DNA from: Octopus vulgaris
Lineage: Eukaryota
Length of the DNA stretch: 64,000 nucleotides
NCBI GenBank assembly: GCA_951406725.2
Contig: OX597832.1
Location: 8,804,001 to 8,868,000, forward strand
Reading direction: 5' to 3'
A program made the translations under genes and the position numbers. The notes beneath the pieces are model-generated. The model was not told the origin of the DNA and made no database searches. It saw only the letters and a program-made list of their open reading frames with translations. This document shows positions 14,171 to 27,833 of this stretch, one piece after another. The stretch's first letter is position 1. Each line of letters starts with the position of its first letter.

Positions 14171-14849
14171 ACCCGATTCCATGTGGTTACGCGAGTGATA
14201 TAGGAACACATATGTAATATATTATAGTATATGATATGCCGATGAAAGAAATATTAGTGTCACCCGTATATTCTGTTTAAACGGACTTGGGAATAATATG
14301 AGAGATTTTAAGCTTATCACGACAATCTTACATGTATTATAGTCATGAAAGATGTCTATATTTAGTAGTCTAAGAAGGAAATATTGTTAAACAGACAATG
14401 AATAGACTGTTTGTCGCCTCGCGTATTATATGAGCTGAATGTTTCACAAACCTTGGAATCGTCGATAATATTGCATGTGTTTTTGGCCTATGTAATGCTA
14501 GGGTGACAAAACAATACTTCGTCGACTTCGGAAAGTGCGACTCAGAAATCATTCCTCATAATGCTGTTGTAATTCCAGCGCTGATACCAAAATTTGAGAT
14601 CTAACTTTTGACGCGTGAACAAATACGAAAAGCAGATCAAGAAAAAACAAATATTTTAAAGTTCCAATTCAACAATGCTGCTGGTCAATTTTAAGTAAAT
14701 AGAAGTCTGTGGAATTATATAACCAGTCTCGACATCTTTTGGAATCCGCCTTATATCATTTAAACACATTCTGAACAGTGACGTTAATAACAATATGAGG
14801 TTCGTTGAAGAACTGAAAAAGTAGTCTTTGTCCACTGCGGTTCCATGAA

Positions 14850-15530
14850 TGGTTGGACAGAGCTACATAAACCGAAACTTGGAAAGGAAAGATATGCATG
14901 AGTATATATCCTACAACCTAAGGATTACCAAGAACATTGGCAAAAATGCGTGAATCTCCAGGCGCTGTGATAAATGTTACATTTAATCCCGACGTTTACG
15001 TTTCTCCTATTACAGAAGAATGATTATTTAGTGAATCTGCCCGTCGAGGTCAATGAAATATGTACCATCTGGGCACTGGGATTGATGTAAGCGACTTGTC
15101 TACCTTCCACCAACTTGCTGGCCTTGTACCCAAATTTGCAACCAATATCTAATAAATATCTTATCAACATGTGCTATAACAATACTTTTAGGCATTCACG
15201 TTACAAAAGAAAATAATGATTGCGCCAAATGTTCACAGCAAAAAATTAATTACACAGGAGACATGACATTGTTGTTAAAAAGTGTACAGTGCTATACGCA
15301 GAAAGATTTGTTCCAAGGGCCACAGCACAAATTTAGGATTACCAGAAACTATTCACACCTTGATGATAAAAATACTGGAGGAACATTAGAACACCAACAA
15401 GCGTAATCCTATATAAGTAAAGCAGACCAATTGTTCTAGGGAATATGAACCAAAAGTCGTAAAAAACTGTAGAGATCAGCTGTCTGGAGAATGGGAATTT
15501 CACAGAAAAACTGAAATGAAGGACAGTATC
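14850..15530 (+). mobile_element. Highly decayed RLE LINE remnant, interrupted by a SINE family B fragment (~15040-15145)
   Basis: Fragments RRHDIVVK (~15257) and TVEISCLE (~15466) match R4-type RHD and endonuclease motifs. Confidence 0.45.
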
Positions 15531-15747
15531 GATAAGAGTACAAAATTATCCGCATACACAGACTGATGTATACACACCACATATGTATACATCAGTCGAG
15601 TTAGATAATCACATGCTCGAATAGTTATCTTGACGTATACACAATATCTTTGCCACTTTGTGAGAAAAAAATTTCAATTCTTTAATGAAAAAAACCTTCA
15701 ATCACAAAGGAACACGTACTCATACACGAACTACTTACACACACACA

Positions 15748-15794
<47 letters not shown>

Positions 15795-16788
15795 TCCATG
15801 TCTATCTGTATGTAATTTACATGTACATATAGATGTGCATATATATTCATATGTGTGCAAGTATTTGATATCCAAACAATGTGTTAAAGTACATTTTTTC
15901 GTTATTAATTGGTTTTTCAATGAGATTGTCATTCAAATTTATCTATTAATTATTATCAGCAAAGTAACAAAGATGTTTTTTTTTTCTGGTTGAATGTAGA
16001 AATGTTTATCTGCCGCAAAGATTATTATATTACGTTAATGAAATTATCATTATATAGGGCTACAGTGGCCACTTATACAGAGTACGTAATTAAATTTGAT
16101 AATTGTTTTCAACATCAAAATGTATTTTATAATTTTATGTTTTATAATTTTAGTCAACGATTTGATCAATATTATTAACGTTTCAAAACTATCTACGTTG
16201 AGTGCTCGGTGCCCTTTATATGCTACATTTTGGGGGTAGATTTTTACACCGGCAGCAGATACAATATTCCGAGGCCCTGTCCAAGATTTTTATAGCGTCC
16301 TTGATAATTAAGGAATGAATTATCTCCTGGCATTGCAGAGAAAGCATAACAGTGTAACACAATTTTTATTTCTTTTTGTCTACTTATCAGAGAGTATTTC
16401 CTATTTGCTTGTACCAAGAAATCAAAGTATAAGACAACTATTCCTTTCAAACTCTGATTTGGTGACCTAAACTGAAACTGACCTACTTTTTGTGACATTC
16501 CAGACAAAAATCAGCGCTGAGTTGCTAAAGCAGACATTCCGTTATAGCAAATATTCTCCTCAATACCACAGATTTGCTTGTCAGTTGCTTGACATTAATT
16601 ATTGAACATGTTCCTTCGTGACTGACGGTATGTGCATCTTTGGTCATAAACAATTTATCGATGAAGGATTTTATTTTCCTCGCAAATATCAGCATCACTC
16701 GTCACATATTTGAGTGTATTTCAATATAGTGTCACACGGTATACTCTTAAGAACTGTTGCAGAGCTACCTCATCCGTGAATTTCTTAT

Positions 16789-17003
16789 TTCTTATTTGTT
16801 TCAGTCATTTGACTGCAGTCATGCAGGAGCACTGCCTTTAGTCGAAGAAATCTACCCCAGGACTTATTCTATGTAAGACTAGTACTTATTCTATCGGTTT
16901 CTTTTGCCGAACCGCTATACTACAGGGACATAAACACACGGTTGTCAAGCTTTGGTGGGGGGGGGACAAATGCAGACACACAAATATACACACACACATG
17001 TAC

Positions 17004-17039
<36 letters not shown>

Positions 17040-17344
17040 ATAATTTTATAAGAAACATTTCAATAACGGTTTAAGGTATTAAGACTTCTTCAACTGTAAG
17101 CATGTTGAAGAATGAATGAAACCGGTACTGAAATATATTTTATAAATTTATTTTACCATTTTCCACCTTGAACTTTTTCCATATATATATATGACAGACT
17201 TCTTTCAGTTTCCGTCTACGAAATCCACTTAGTTGGCCTGAGGCTATAGAAGAAGACACTTGCCCAAGGTGCCACACAGTGCGATTGAACCCGGAATGAT
17301 GTGTTTGGTAAGCAAGCTACTAACCACACACCCACTCCTGCGCC
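16789..17344 (-). mobile_element. tRNA-derived SINE family A, near full length, with internal microsatellite
   Basis: Minus-strand head ggcgcaggagtgggtgtgtggttagtagc (A-box-like), gggttcaatcgc (B-box-like), ccttgggcaagtgtct, internal (TG)/(TA) tract, tail aaatgactgaaacaaataaga. Several copies in the window. Confidence 0.85.
17042..17180. mobile_element. Fold-back mini-element with two inverted, decayed HHR motifs, nested in the SINE microsatellite
   Basis: Imperfect arms 17042-17094 / 17104-17148. Plus: TTGAAGA-atgaat-GAAACCGGTA-ctg. Minus: cag-TTGAAGA-agtcttaatacct-TAAACCGTTA-ttg. Confidence 0.55.
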
Positions 17345-17949
17345 TATTTCGACACTTTTAGGGTTCTCTTGTCCGTTAGATCTGGGATAGTATGGCGCAG
17401 ACGTTACATGATCTACAGCGAATGTTTCACAAACATATTTTTAAATTCAAGACACAAATTACGTTTCACTGTCAGACACTATAGCTTTTGCAACGTCAAA
17501 TCTCACAAACGACTCATGTAAAAAAATCCACACAACTGAGGAGGTTGTCCCTGAGAAAATATCAGACACTTTAATATACCTGTCATTAATTCGTCTGGCT
17601 TGAACTTTTCACATTCCCTTTTAACTCTACCACCGTTCATTTCTAGCTACAAACATTTCCATCTTGTATTGAACAACGAGTTTTTCTCACTAAAATTTTA
17701 CAAAAAATATCTATTGTATTTCTAAAGTTTATGTCAAAAGGCTTCTTCGGGAGTACGTAATTGCTGTAACACTCATGTTCTCATGCTGCCGGTTTTCTTG
17801 AGATTAGATGCGTTTTCATATCGTCGTTCCAGTCTTTGCATTCTGGTCGAGATTACACATATATTTCATTGGTTCCTTAGACAGTTGATACTACTTAGTG
17901 TTTGTAGAGAGTTTCTCTAAATAGCCAGACATTGTAAATGTAAAAATCA

Positions 17950-18482
17950 AACCTCCTCAACTACAGTACACTTTCCACATAAGTTGCTTCCGAGATTTTA
18001 CGCCCCAGCCTTAAGAGTGTTTGATAATGGAACGCAATTTGGGTCATAATGGAACGCAATTTGGGTCATTTGAGTTTTAAAAGTTTTTTAAAACTTTCGT
18101 TGTAGAACATGTAACTACTGCGCCATACCATTCCATATCTAGCGGACAAGCAGAACACTTTGTCGATACGTTCAAGAGAGAAAAAATATTAAATTTGTAA
18201 GGATATGAAAAAAAATGAAAAACGGAGGTGGTGTGATGTAAAAATTATTGTTAATAAAAAAATAAAATGACACTCCCTGAGGAAAAAAAGCTTTAAAGGG
18301 GAGATGTTACGGGGTTATTAATAATAATAATAATGATATCAGTTCGTTACAAATACTGTAACGTAGAAAGTCAAGCATTCAAGAAGTCTACGAAGTCGGT
18401 CATTGTATGTTGTGTCTTACATGACTAACTGTTCTGCTATAGAAGAGTGGACGTTACAACGGTTCGACGTTGGATTACAACA
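17950..18482 (+). mobile_element. Gypsy integrase remnant, polypurine tract and 3' LTR
   Basis: VFDNGTQFG (22-bp tandem duplication at 18025-18068), HVTTAPYHSISSGQAEHFVDTFKR, PPT aaaggggaga (18295-18304), LTR TGTT...AACA 18305-18482. Confidence 0.75.
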
Positions 18483-19083
18483 GTATGTATGCGTGTGTTT
18501 GTCTTTGTGTGTGTATACATATATATATATACACATGTATATGTACATGTACACAGATTAAACCTGCTTCATTGCAGCCTAATCAATAGAGGTAATCACT
18601 GAATAACGTAAGGAGACCAGCAGAAAGTGAGTTTCAAGGCGGACGACACAGTTATTATTTATTCCACATTAAATACTCAGACAATTTTAATATTTACGTG
18701 CAGTGAATGGAAATAGCCATTATAATTTCTTTATCAGTTTAAATATTCACGATTTGAGTAACAATAGTTCAATATATAAGACGGATTCCTGTAAACGGTA
18801 CAATTCATTATAGAAATATTTCCATAATAATGCTTCAAACATCAACGTCGACTTGCGTCTGTTTAAATTATAATTTAAAGAACCAAACGAACTTAGATTA
18901 TTAAATAAACTTGATATTTGTTTTAAATATGAAATGCCATTCGGTACAAATGAGTTGTAGTATATATAATCATACACCTACCTACATATATATCCATATG
19001 TATTATACTAACATATACATATAACATATATATATATGTGTGTGTGCATATCCAATATCTCTCTCTCTCTCTCTCTCTTTATA

Positions 19084-19148
<65 letters not shown>

Positions 19149-19744
19149 ACTTATATATAAAAGCAAAATTTTATAAACTCTTCGGCAGAGACATACTGAA
19201 AAACGAAGTAAACCGTCATATCTATCATTCTGATAATTACAAAGTATCGGAAATTTTTTCCTCCTTGTAATTTGTGGAATATTCAACGGAAATTCTCATT
19301 ATTTTTTTTTATTTTCCTTCGGTTCACCAATGACATTAAACTTTGTGAAGTTCATTAAGTAAGACATTAAGTAATTTATTAAATACAAATTTGTTTCCTT
19401 CAATTAATATATACCACCAAACTAGTTATATTTTGAAATGCCAATAGCAACCTAAATATATTGTAATAACAATCAACATACCAAGAACTAACCATAAACA
19501 AAACGTAGTAACCAGTTTATATTTCGGATATTATCACATAATATAATGTTATATGTACAACATTTAAAATGTATTTTATTGCGGAGAATATTCCGACAGT
19601 AAATATATGATCAATGTTTTAAAATTTGAAGCTATACTAATATTCCGTTTTTATGGCTTCGCTAAAATATTAGTGGAGTAGGAAAAAAGATGTAAAATGG
19701 AATAACCACGGATAATAAAAATGATGATAATGATGAAAATAATA

Positions 19745-19800
<56 letters not shown>

Positions 19801-19801
<1 letters not shown>

Positions 19802-21066
19802 TCCTTAACTGGACACGAAATGAACTGACCAAAATAGATAGGAAAACAAGAAAAATAATGACAGGATCTAGGATGCATCACCCAAAATCTGACATAGAAA
19901 GACTATATATACAACGTATAGAATGTGGTAGAGGCCTTATACAGCTGGAAAACTACTATAAAATAACCACCATAGGACTGCAAAAATATCTACTTCAGAA
20001 GGAAGGAAAACTGATCCAGATAGCGGCAAAACACGAGCAAAACAAAAAACTGTTCTCAGTATTTAAGGAAGCTGACAAATACAAACAAGAAATCATACCA
20101 CCTAATAAACATGAAGAAGAAGAAGAAGATGAAGAAACAACAAAAGCTATAAAACAAATGAAATCCAAACTAAAAATAGAACAGCAACGAGCCATGATAA
20201 AACGATGGCAAGAAAAGACCCTTCATGGTAAATACTGGACTAAACTAAACGCAAAAGAAATAGACAAAGAAAAATCCCAGCAATGGTTGAGAAGCTCAGG
20301 ACTCAAAGCAGAAACAGAGGGATTTTTAATTGCAGCACAAGACCAAAGCCTCCTCACCAGAAATTACCAAAAACATGTAATGAAAAGAAATATTGCAAGT
20401 AACTGCAGAATATGTGGAGATGGACACAGAAACAATAAATCATATTATCTCTAGCTGCCCAGTCCTGGCTAAGAAGAATATATTCACAGACATGACAGAG
20501 TTGGAACCTACATACATTGGAAGCTATGCCAACATTATGGAATAACAACAGAAAAAAGATGGTATAGGCACACACCAGAAAAGGTCACAGAAAACGAGAA
20601 AGCTACCATACTCTGGGATATGCCGATACACACAGATAGAGAAATTAAGGCCAACAGACCAGATATAGTTGTCAGAGATCATGAAGAAAAAAATGCTTTC
20701 TAATTGATGTATCAATACCGGCTGATGACAACGTGTCTCTAAAAGAAATGGAGAAACTCTCAAAATACAAAGACCTGAAAATAGAGGTAACTAGAATGTG
20801 GAATCTGAAAACAGAAACAATTCCTATCATAGTAGGTGCAATAGGCATGATAAAAAAATATTCAGACAAATACATAACAAAAACACCAGGACTTACAAAC
20901 ACATATAACATACAGAAAATTGCACTACTAGGCACTGCACACATCCTACGCAGAACACTTTCCATACAATAACCATCAGAGCATCACAACAAATCACAGC
21001 ACATACCCAAGGCACACAGAGCTGCGCTCGGTAGTGAAGTGAAAGCACGCTATAAAAATAAAACTA

Positions 21067-21069
<3 letters not shown>
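19801..21069 (+). mobile_element. 5'-truncated R4/Dong-clade RLE LINE inserted in a (TAA)n microsatellite
   Basis: RLYIQRIECGRGL, LKAETEGFLIAAQDQ, CRICG..HIISSCP, RHDRVG, RPDIVV..IDVSIP..EKLSKY (RLE), stop at 20972, ~100-nt 3' UTR, a few frameshifts. (TAA)n on both flanks (19748-19800, 21070-21129), the known Dong target. Confidence 0.92.
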
Positions 21070-21131
<62 letters not shown>

Positions 21132-21327
21132 TAACGATGATGATGATGATGATGATAATTATGTTAACAACAACAATAATATTGATATGCTATTCAAGGA
21201 AATTCAACCTTAGTTCACGTATATAAACCTGGGAATAAGTGTGGCAGATGGAATTAAACACCACCGAAAGGAAGAAAAGACAAAAAGAGAGTACCTGCGG
21301 CAATTGACAAAAATATTGGCTTCGAAT

Positions 21328-21365
<38 letters not shown>

Positions 21366-21679
21366 TTTGTGTGTGTGTACAAAAATAACTTCCCCCAGTT
21401 GCACCACCAAAACAACATGTACGTAAAAATGTAGACTATGCAATATTTCTACATGCAAACTGCAAACATGTGAGTAAAATTTTAATTTAAATATTTAATA
21501 ACATCCATATTTGTACAAGATCTTTATATATATATATACGCATTGCTGTTTCTTCTCTCTCTCTCAGTGATACATCAATAATAATTATAACTACGAAAGA
21601 AACAAATGACCATGGGCGGTGGTCATTGAAAAAATTAAACCCTGTAAAAACGAACCCAGGACAAAACCAACCAAAAGAG

Positions 21680-21731
21680 AAAGATGATGATGATGACGAC
21701 GATGGTGAAGCTGATGATGATGATAATAATA

Positions 21732-21774
<43 letters not shown>

Positions 21775-22015
21775 CAACAACAACAACAAAAATAATAATA
21801 ATAACAAAAATAATTATAATAACAGCAATAAAAAGAAGAAGAAAAAGAAGAAGAAAAGGAAGAAGAAGAAGAAGAAGGAGGAGGAGGAGGAGGAGGAGGA
21901 GAAAAAGGAGGAGGAGGAGGAGGAGGAGAAGAAGAAGAAGAAGAAGAAGAAGAAGAAGAAGAAGAAGAAGAAGAAGAAGAAGAAGAAGAAGAAGGAGAAG
22001 AAGAAGAAGAAGATT
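21680..22015. repeat. Compound trinucleotide microsatellite (GAT)(AAT)(AAC)(AAG)(GAG)(AAG)
   Basis: Direct inspection. Confidence 0.95.
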
Positions 22016-23200
22016 AAATTTAATGTAGACGAATTTGCTCAAGACTTATGCTCTCAAAATTTTTTAAGGTCAGAAATATTTTAGGTGCTAAATTCCAGAC
22101 TGGAATAAGGCATTCCAGCCACTCTAGATTTGTATTAGATATTACATATTAGATTTATTCTATATCTAATTTAATGTAGTGTGTCTTTCTGACAATCGTA
22201 TACAGCGGGTTTATAACCCATGCGTTTGTGTCAACATGACTTTCAGTATGTTGGTTAACTGTTATAAAAAGCAATTAGGAAATAAAATCTCTCTAGGAAT
22301 GTTTGAATTCAAAACAAGATGAAAGAAGAATTTTCAAAAATTATAATTGAAAAACCCGGCTCTTATATATTTATTGCTGAAAGTTGACATGAATTATATA
22401 ATCATTGTGCGTCAACATTTTTGCTTACACTGAGTTTGAATACACCATATACAAGATTACGAAGTGCATACCGTTTAACAAACAATAAATAGCGTTTAAT
22501 AATGTGATTTTATGTCTCGCATGACACAAACCTATGTCAAACACACACAGCTCATAAGTTTTTGTTATGTTAAAGAATACACATGTTAAAAGCCACTAAT
22601 TAAAAGCGAGTACACACATATATCTGCATGTGTGTTCGTATGTGTGCGTACTTGCGTATATGGCAACACACAGACACACACGCATACTCTCGTATATATA
22701 GAAATGACTGCGTTCAGTGGGCTGCACGTTTCCTGTTCAGATAGCAAACGTTATTAATACCACGTCAGACAGTTACACGAACACATAAGGCTCTAGGAAA
22801 TCGGAAATAGCCTAAATAGTAATACAAAAAGCATATAAATAGTGATTGAAAGAAGTAATGGGACATTGTCCAAAAATCTGATCGGTTCGATTATGTGAAC
22901 TGTATTCATAAATTGCTTGTAATAATTTCATTTATGGTGTGATATGATTATTAATCATCAAATATAGAAACGTATCTAACAGATAAATAAAGGCGTGCCA
23001 AAATTCATATCCTCTCATTTATATGTACCTGTGTGTATGTGTGAGTGTATGTATATACATACGTACATACACACATGCACGCATATGCCGCGTCCCACAT
23101 CATCAGGCAAATCAACCTTCTCAATAAATAAATGTATATGCGTTAAAAACCAGTTGTTTTCCAACTGACTCTTAGCAACACCTATCGGCACATATTCTGT

Positions 23201-23432
23201 TAGGCGGCAGCTGGCAGACACGTTAGCGCGCCGGGCGAAATGCGTAACCGTATTTCGTCTGACGTTACGTTCTGAGTTCAAATTCCGCCGAGGTCGACTT
23301 TGCCTTTCATCGTTTCGGGGTCGATAAATTAAGAACCAGTTATGCACTGGGATCGATGTAATCGACTTAGTCCGTTTGTCTGTCCTTGTTTGTCCCATCC
23401 ATGTTTGGCCCCTGGTGGGCAATAAAGAAATA
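23201..23432 (+). mobile_element. tRNA-derived SINE family B, full length
   Basis: ggcggcagctggcaga head, gagttcaaattcc B-box, central gcctttcatc.tttcggggtcgataaattaag.accag (resembles the Nin/Deu SINE core), aataaagaaataa tail. Homologous to 52186-52440. Confidence 0.85.
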
Positions 23433-23510
23433 ACATATTCTGTTGAAATAAATACGATCTGCGCAGACGTCAACAAATGATGGCCATGTTTGTGATTGGG
23501 CAACATTTTC

Positions 23511-23690
23511 ACTGTCGCATTTGACTGCGGCGATGCTGGAGTGTTTAGGTCAAACACATCGACACCAGGACTTACTTGTTCAAGCCTAGTACCTATTTTA
23601 TCGGACTCTTTTGCCGAACCGCCAGATTATACATCAACACCGGTTATCAAGCGGTAATTGGGAGACAAACAGAAACACTCAGATATATGC
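23511..23690 (-). mobile_element. SINE family A, 3' half
   Basis: catttgactgcgg...ccaggactta...ttttgccgaaccgc...cggttatcaagc. Confidence 0.75.
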
Positions 23691-23879
23691 ATGCACGCAG
23701 ACATGACAGAAGTAAATAGTCTTATAATCATTAAAAATTATTTAAATTATTTATTAATTGTTATAATGTGAATATTTAGTAAACATGCTAACTAAATATG
23801 TTAACTAAATATTGAATAGTCACATTATAACATTACAACAGTATAACATTGCAAGAACCTTATAAGGCATGTTACTGAT

Positions 23880-24330
23880 TAGATAAGGAATATGCATTAA
23901 TCTCAAAAGATCTGGCTTTGAAGATGCTTTGTAGTTCCTTTTATGAAGTACTGACCTTTATGTCCTAGAAGTGTTCAATAGGTTTCATATCTGGTAACTG
24001 GTTTGTCTATGGAAGCTTGTTAACGACACTCACATGCAACAAATCTCGGGCTATTTTAGCCGTGTGCGAAGTAGCCCCATATTCCCTAAATAAAGAGTCT
24101 TCTTTAATCGTTTCCCTACTGGAGAATATTGGAAGGAATCATTTCTGCAATATGGACACAGATTTATCTGAGTTAATGATTCCCTCACAGTCCACCAGCT
24201 CTGATCAACAATTGCTCCAAATTGCTCCCCAGACCATCGCCTTATAACTGGCGTGTTTCATTGTTGGCTGCACAGTTTTCATTTTAAATTCTTGATCACA
24301 TAGTCTCCAGAACAACACCCGACCACTGCC

Positions 24331-24333
<3 letters not shown>
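23880..24333 (-). mobile_element. Decayed Tc1 transposase remnant (DDE region)
   Basis: Minus strand GRVLFWR, TVQPTMKH, MVWGAI, HTAKIARDLL, QLPDMKPIEHF* (compare SPDLNPIENLW). Truncated at (TA)n. Confidence 0.75.
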
Positions 24334-24386
<53 letters not shown>

Positions 24387-24796
24387 CTGTATAGAGTGTT
24401 AGGTGTGGTGTTCAGAAATTGAATATTGAGAAAAGAGGTCGTCAAAATTTGTGAAATTAAAAAAAGGATCCCTTCATTATTATTAGAGTTTTCATTTGTT
24501 TCTCGAAAATGTCAAATAGAATTTTGTGAATGTACACACACCTTGTTCATTAATATAAAACAGATGTTTTGGGGGAGTCTTGTTTAGAAGAGGAAAACAT
24601 TCTTTTCGATTTTCTTTTCTCTTCCTTTTTTCATTTTCTCATCTTTGAGTTATATTTAGAATACAAAATGTACTGTCACCCCTTTTCTTTCAAACATTCA
24701 ATTTTGGAGAGAATCACTCGATCAAGTGTGTGTGTATGTGTGCGTGTGATCGTGTGTGTTTCGGAACATGTCCATGTTTATACTGTGTAACTTGCA

Positions 24797-24812
24797 TATA
24801 TATATATGTGCA

Positions 24813-24861
<49 letters not shown>

Positions 24862-24938
24862 ATTTTTTTTTTTTTTATATATATATTTATATATGTAAAT
24901 ATATATGTGTGTATGTATATATATATATATATACGTAA

Positions 24939-24969
<31 letters not shown>

Positions 24970-25035
24970 GTATATATATATGATACATATGTATACATAA
25001 GTGTATATATATCTAAACCTAAATTTTACTGAAGT

Positions 25036-25124
<89 letters not shown>

Positions 25125-25150
25125 TATGCATACATACATACATATATGTA
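24797..25150. repeat. (TA)n-rich microsatellite
   Basis: Direct inspection. Confidence 0.9.
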
Positions 25151-25386
25151 CATACCTACATCTACATGTATATATAAATGCATATATGCGTACAGGACAT
25201 CAAAAAAAGTTGATCACAATGAGAAACGAAAATATAGAAACAAGAACATGAAAACGAACTTATTTTCAAACTACGAAAAAGCAGTACAAGACATACAGCA
25301 CGAGGAATATTCCCCTTCTTCAGTTGTTCCTGTTTCGTCTACTCCACGTTCCGAAAGTAAGTTTTATCTATCTTTCTATCTATCTA

Positions 25387-25422
<36 letters not shown>

Positions 25423-26307
25423 GTGTATATATATATATATATGGTACCTGCATATATGTATGCATATATATAATTTATGCATACATGTATAATATATATT
25501 TATGCATAAATATATCAAATCACACGCACGCGCGCACACACACGCATACGTGTAACATGTTAAGAAGGGAGTAAAGATCCATTTAATATAATCGTTGAAC
25601 TTGCAACCAGAAATTTATGCAAAATTACCATGAATCACAGTCAACACCTGAGACGAGATTCGTCTCATGCCCTTTAATAAAACCCCTCTTAGTTAAAGTT
25701 ATCGGGACACTATTGACACGGAAACAAATTACTAAGTAATTGACTCTCCACTAATGAATTTGAAATAGGTGTGCACTGAGAAATTGACAGGCATATTCAA
25801 ATTAGTATATTTACTTTAGTCGTTTCGTCTAATACGCGAAACATTTCCGTATCTCTTTATGCTACTATCCGTTATATCGTATCTATTTAAGTAACGATGA
25901 CAGAATCCCCACAAACTCAAAGTTGAATATTGTACACGTTACTTTGTTAAATATGCCATGGAATATGTACATATTCCGTTTACTTTCTAAATTGCATATG
26001 TAAAATCTATTCTTCAGAAAGCCATAAATCACAATACCATTGGTCTGTTGACATTGTGTTCTCTCTTGAAATGTTTCGTTTAGATTAATTACAATTTCAC
26101 AGCCTATATTCATATATAACTATTTACTATATAAATCTTGGCCTGTGTTTAAGAGTTTCATAACACAACATGTACTGGAGACTGTCGAAAACCATCATAG
26201 TAGCGTGTAGTTAAAATGTTTGCTGTATATCTGCCTCGTTGAGATATGTACGTAGAGTTTGTATTTTAAAACACAGCGGTTCCATGTAATATTTAGTCTG
26301 AAGACGA

Positions 26308-26386
26308 ATTTGCGTGTTACGATAATTTGCGTTACGATAACTTGTGTTACGATAATTTGTGTTACGATAATTTGCGTGTTACGATA
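26308..26386. repeat. 15-17-bp tandem repeat (gttacgataatttgy) x5
   Basis: Direct inspection. Confidence 0.9.
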
Positions 26387-26736
26387 AATAAATGTATTTA
26401 TTAATCTAATAGTAATGTTATTGCACATAACAGATTTTTATTCAACCGCATGACTATTCGGAACGTCAGTGAATGTTTTTTCACTGTTTACTTATATTGG
26501 TGCCAACATATTCCTTATCATCATGCTTTTGGATGGGAGTATGTTGCACAGAGATAACTGAGGCACAAATGTATAAAACAATCACTCTATGAACTGATAC
26601 GTCGAATTCCCTCTAGGTTTGATATATTCTGGATTTTTAATAACAACATATGAATATAGTGATATTATCTCAGGAAGAACACCGCATTCTATTACAGCAT
26701 ATTAACATTAAATTTGATATAGAAATGTGTGTATAT

Positions 26737-27046
26737 ATCTATTATTATAAAAGCGAAATTCTGTCTGTCTGGGACCCCTGTATCTTAGTCTATATTTGCT
26801 CTACATAGACATATGATACTTTCAGAATTATCCTGGATTTGAAAATCTGCCCAGCATTGGGTTCTCGAAACAACTCTTGTACTTACAACTTAGATCCATC
26901 ATCAGATTTGGCTTTTTAAACCATACAATGTATGGTTTAACTATCTTTCGTAGGCGGTTATCCATGTTATATAAGAGAGGGTATCGATTCCTAATGGGCA
27001 TGTGCTATACAGCCAACTTAGAGCCAGTTGGTAGTTTAGTGCTAGG
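26737..27046 (+). mobile_element. Possible non-autonomous Helitron
   Basis: Starts a|TCTATTATTATAAAAG...(TCTG)n, typical of Helitron 5' ends; CTAG near 27042-27045. The 3' hairpin is not convincing. Confidence 0.35.
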
Positions 27047-27638
27047 TGCGGTAGATTAAAGCTGGGTGGTAGGGTGAACACTCGCCCATTAAATATTTCG
27101 CTTAGATGAATTAGGTTACTACGATAGGTGTATGTATGAAAGTTTGTATGTATGTATGTATGTATGTATGTATGTATGTTTTGAAGTATGTATTTCTGTT
27201 TCTATGTATGTTTGTATGTATTTCTGCGCGTGTGGATATAATCATTTATATAAGTATATATATATATATATATATATAAATATAGATGCATGCATGCATA
27301 CATAGATACATAGATACATACATATATGCATGCATACATAAGCACATGTATACACACGGTCTTCATGAGATGACAGAAGACCTTCAAATATGATTATGTA
27401 ATCTGCGTAGATGAAAGTATTCCACCAGCTGATGTCTATATAACGACGATCATAGGCGGGCAATTTACTTTAGTGTACTCTTAATAGATAAATTATTTTA
27501 ATGCCTTTATTAACATATATAATATAAATTAAACAGTACAGTTGTATAATTCATAAATTAATACTGTTAATAATCTTGCCCATCACAAGAATATCGTGGT
27601 TATATTCATTTATCAACACTATATACATACGTATATAA

Positions 27639-27833
27639 AGGGGAAGGTTTACGAAAATAAACAAAAGACGAAGGCAGGTGGAGTACAAACAAACAAATGT
27701 ATTAGTATAGCGCTCAGGAATAGAAAAAGTCTTTTACGTTTCGAGCCTACGCCCTTCGACAGAAAGATACACAGAAAAAAAACAAGGAGAGAAAAAATGC
27801 GTGTGGGAGCTAACGATCTATCATGGCGTCCTG
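27639..27833 (-). mobile_element. Non-coding HHR-bearing mini-element (family H1)
   Basis: Homologous to 3501-3684 along its length; TA/CATA-rich flanks. Confidence 0.8.
27731..27766 (-). ncRNA. Minimal hammerhead-like motif, variant core CUGUCGA
   Basis: CTTT-CTGTCGA-A-GGGC-GTAG-GCTC-GAAA-C-GTA-AAAG. The stem II change (A>G) keeps a G-U pair. Confidence 0.65.

Noticed and set aside
16789-17344. tRNA genes at A/B-box motifs
   Set aside because: They are SINE heads continuing into SINE bodies; no complete cloverleaf.
19194-19222. HHR-like ctgaaaa..taaaccgtc next to (TA)n
   Set aside because: Both core boxes are mutated and there is no convincing stem II.
21487-22084. Poly-N/K/E/L/R ORFs (also 29623-30026 and 49552-49842)
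   Set aside because: Compound trinucleotide repeats open in several frames; no splice or domain evidence.
25190-25355. HHR in a short TA-flanked element (minus strand CTGAAGA-A-GGGG-aatatt-CCTC)
   Set aside because: No GAAA box or stem III follows the hairpin. Probably a repeat, possibly HHR-derived, but unsupported.
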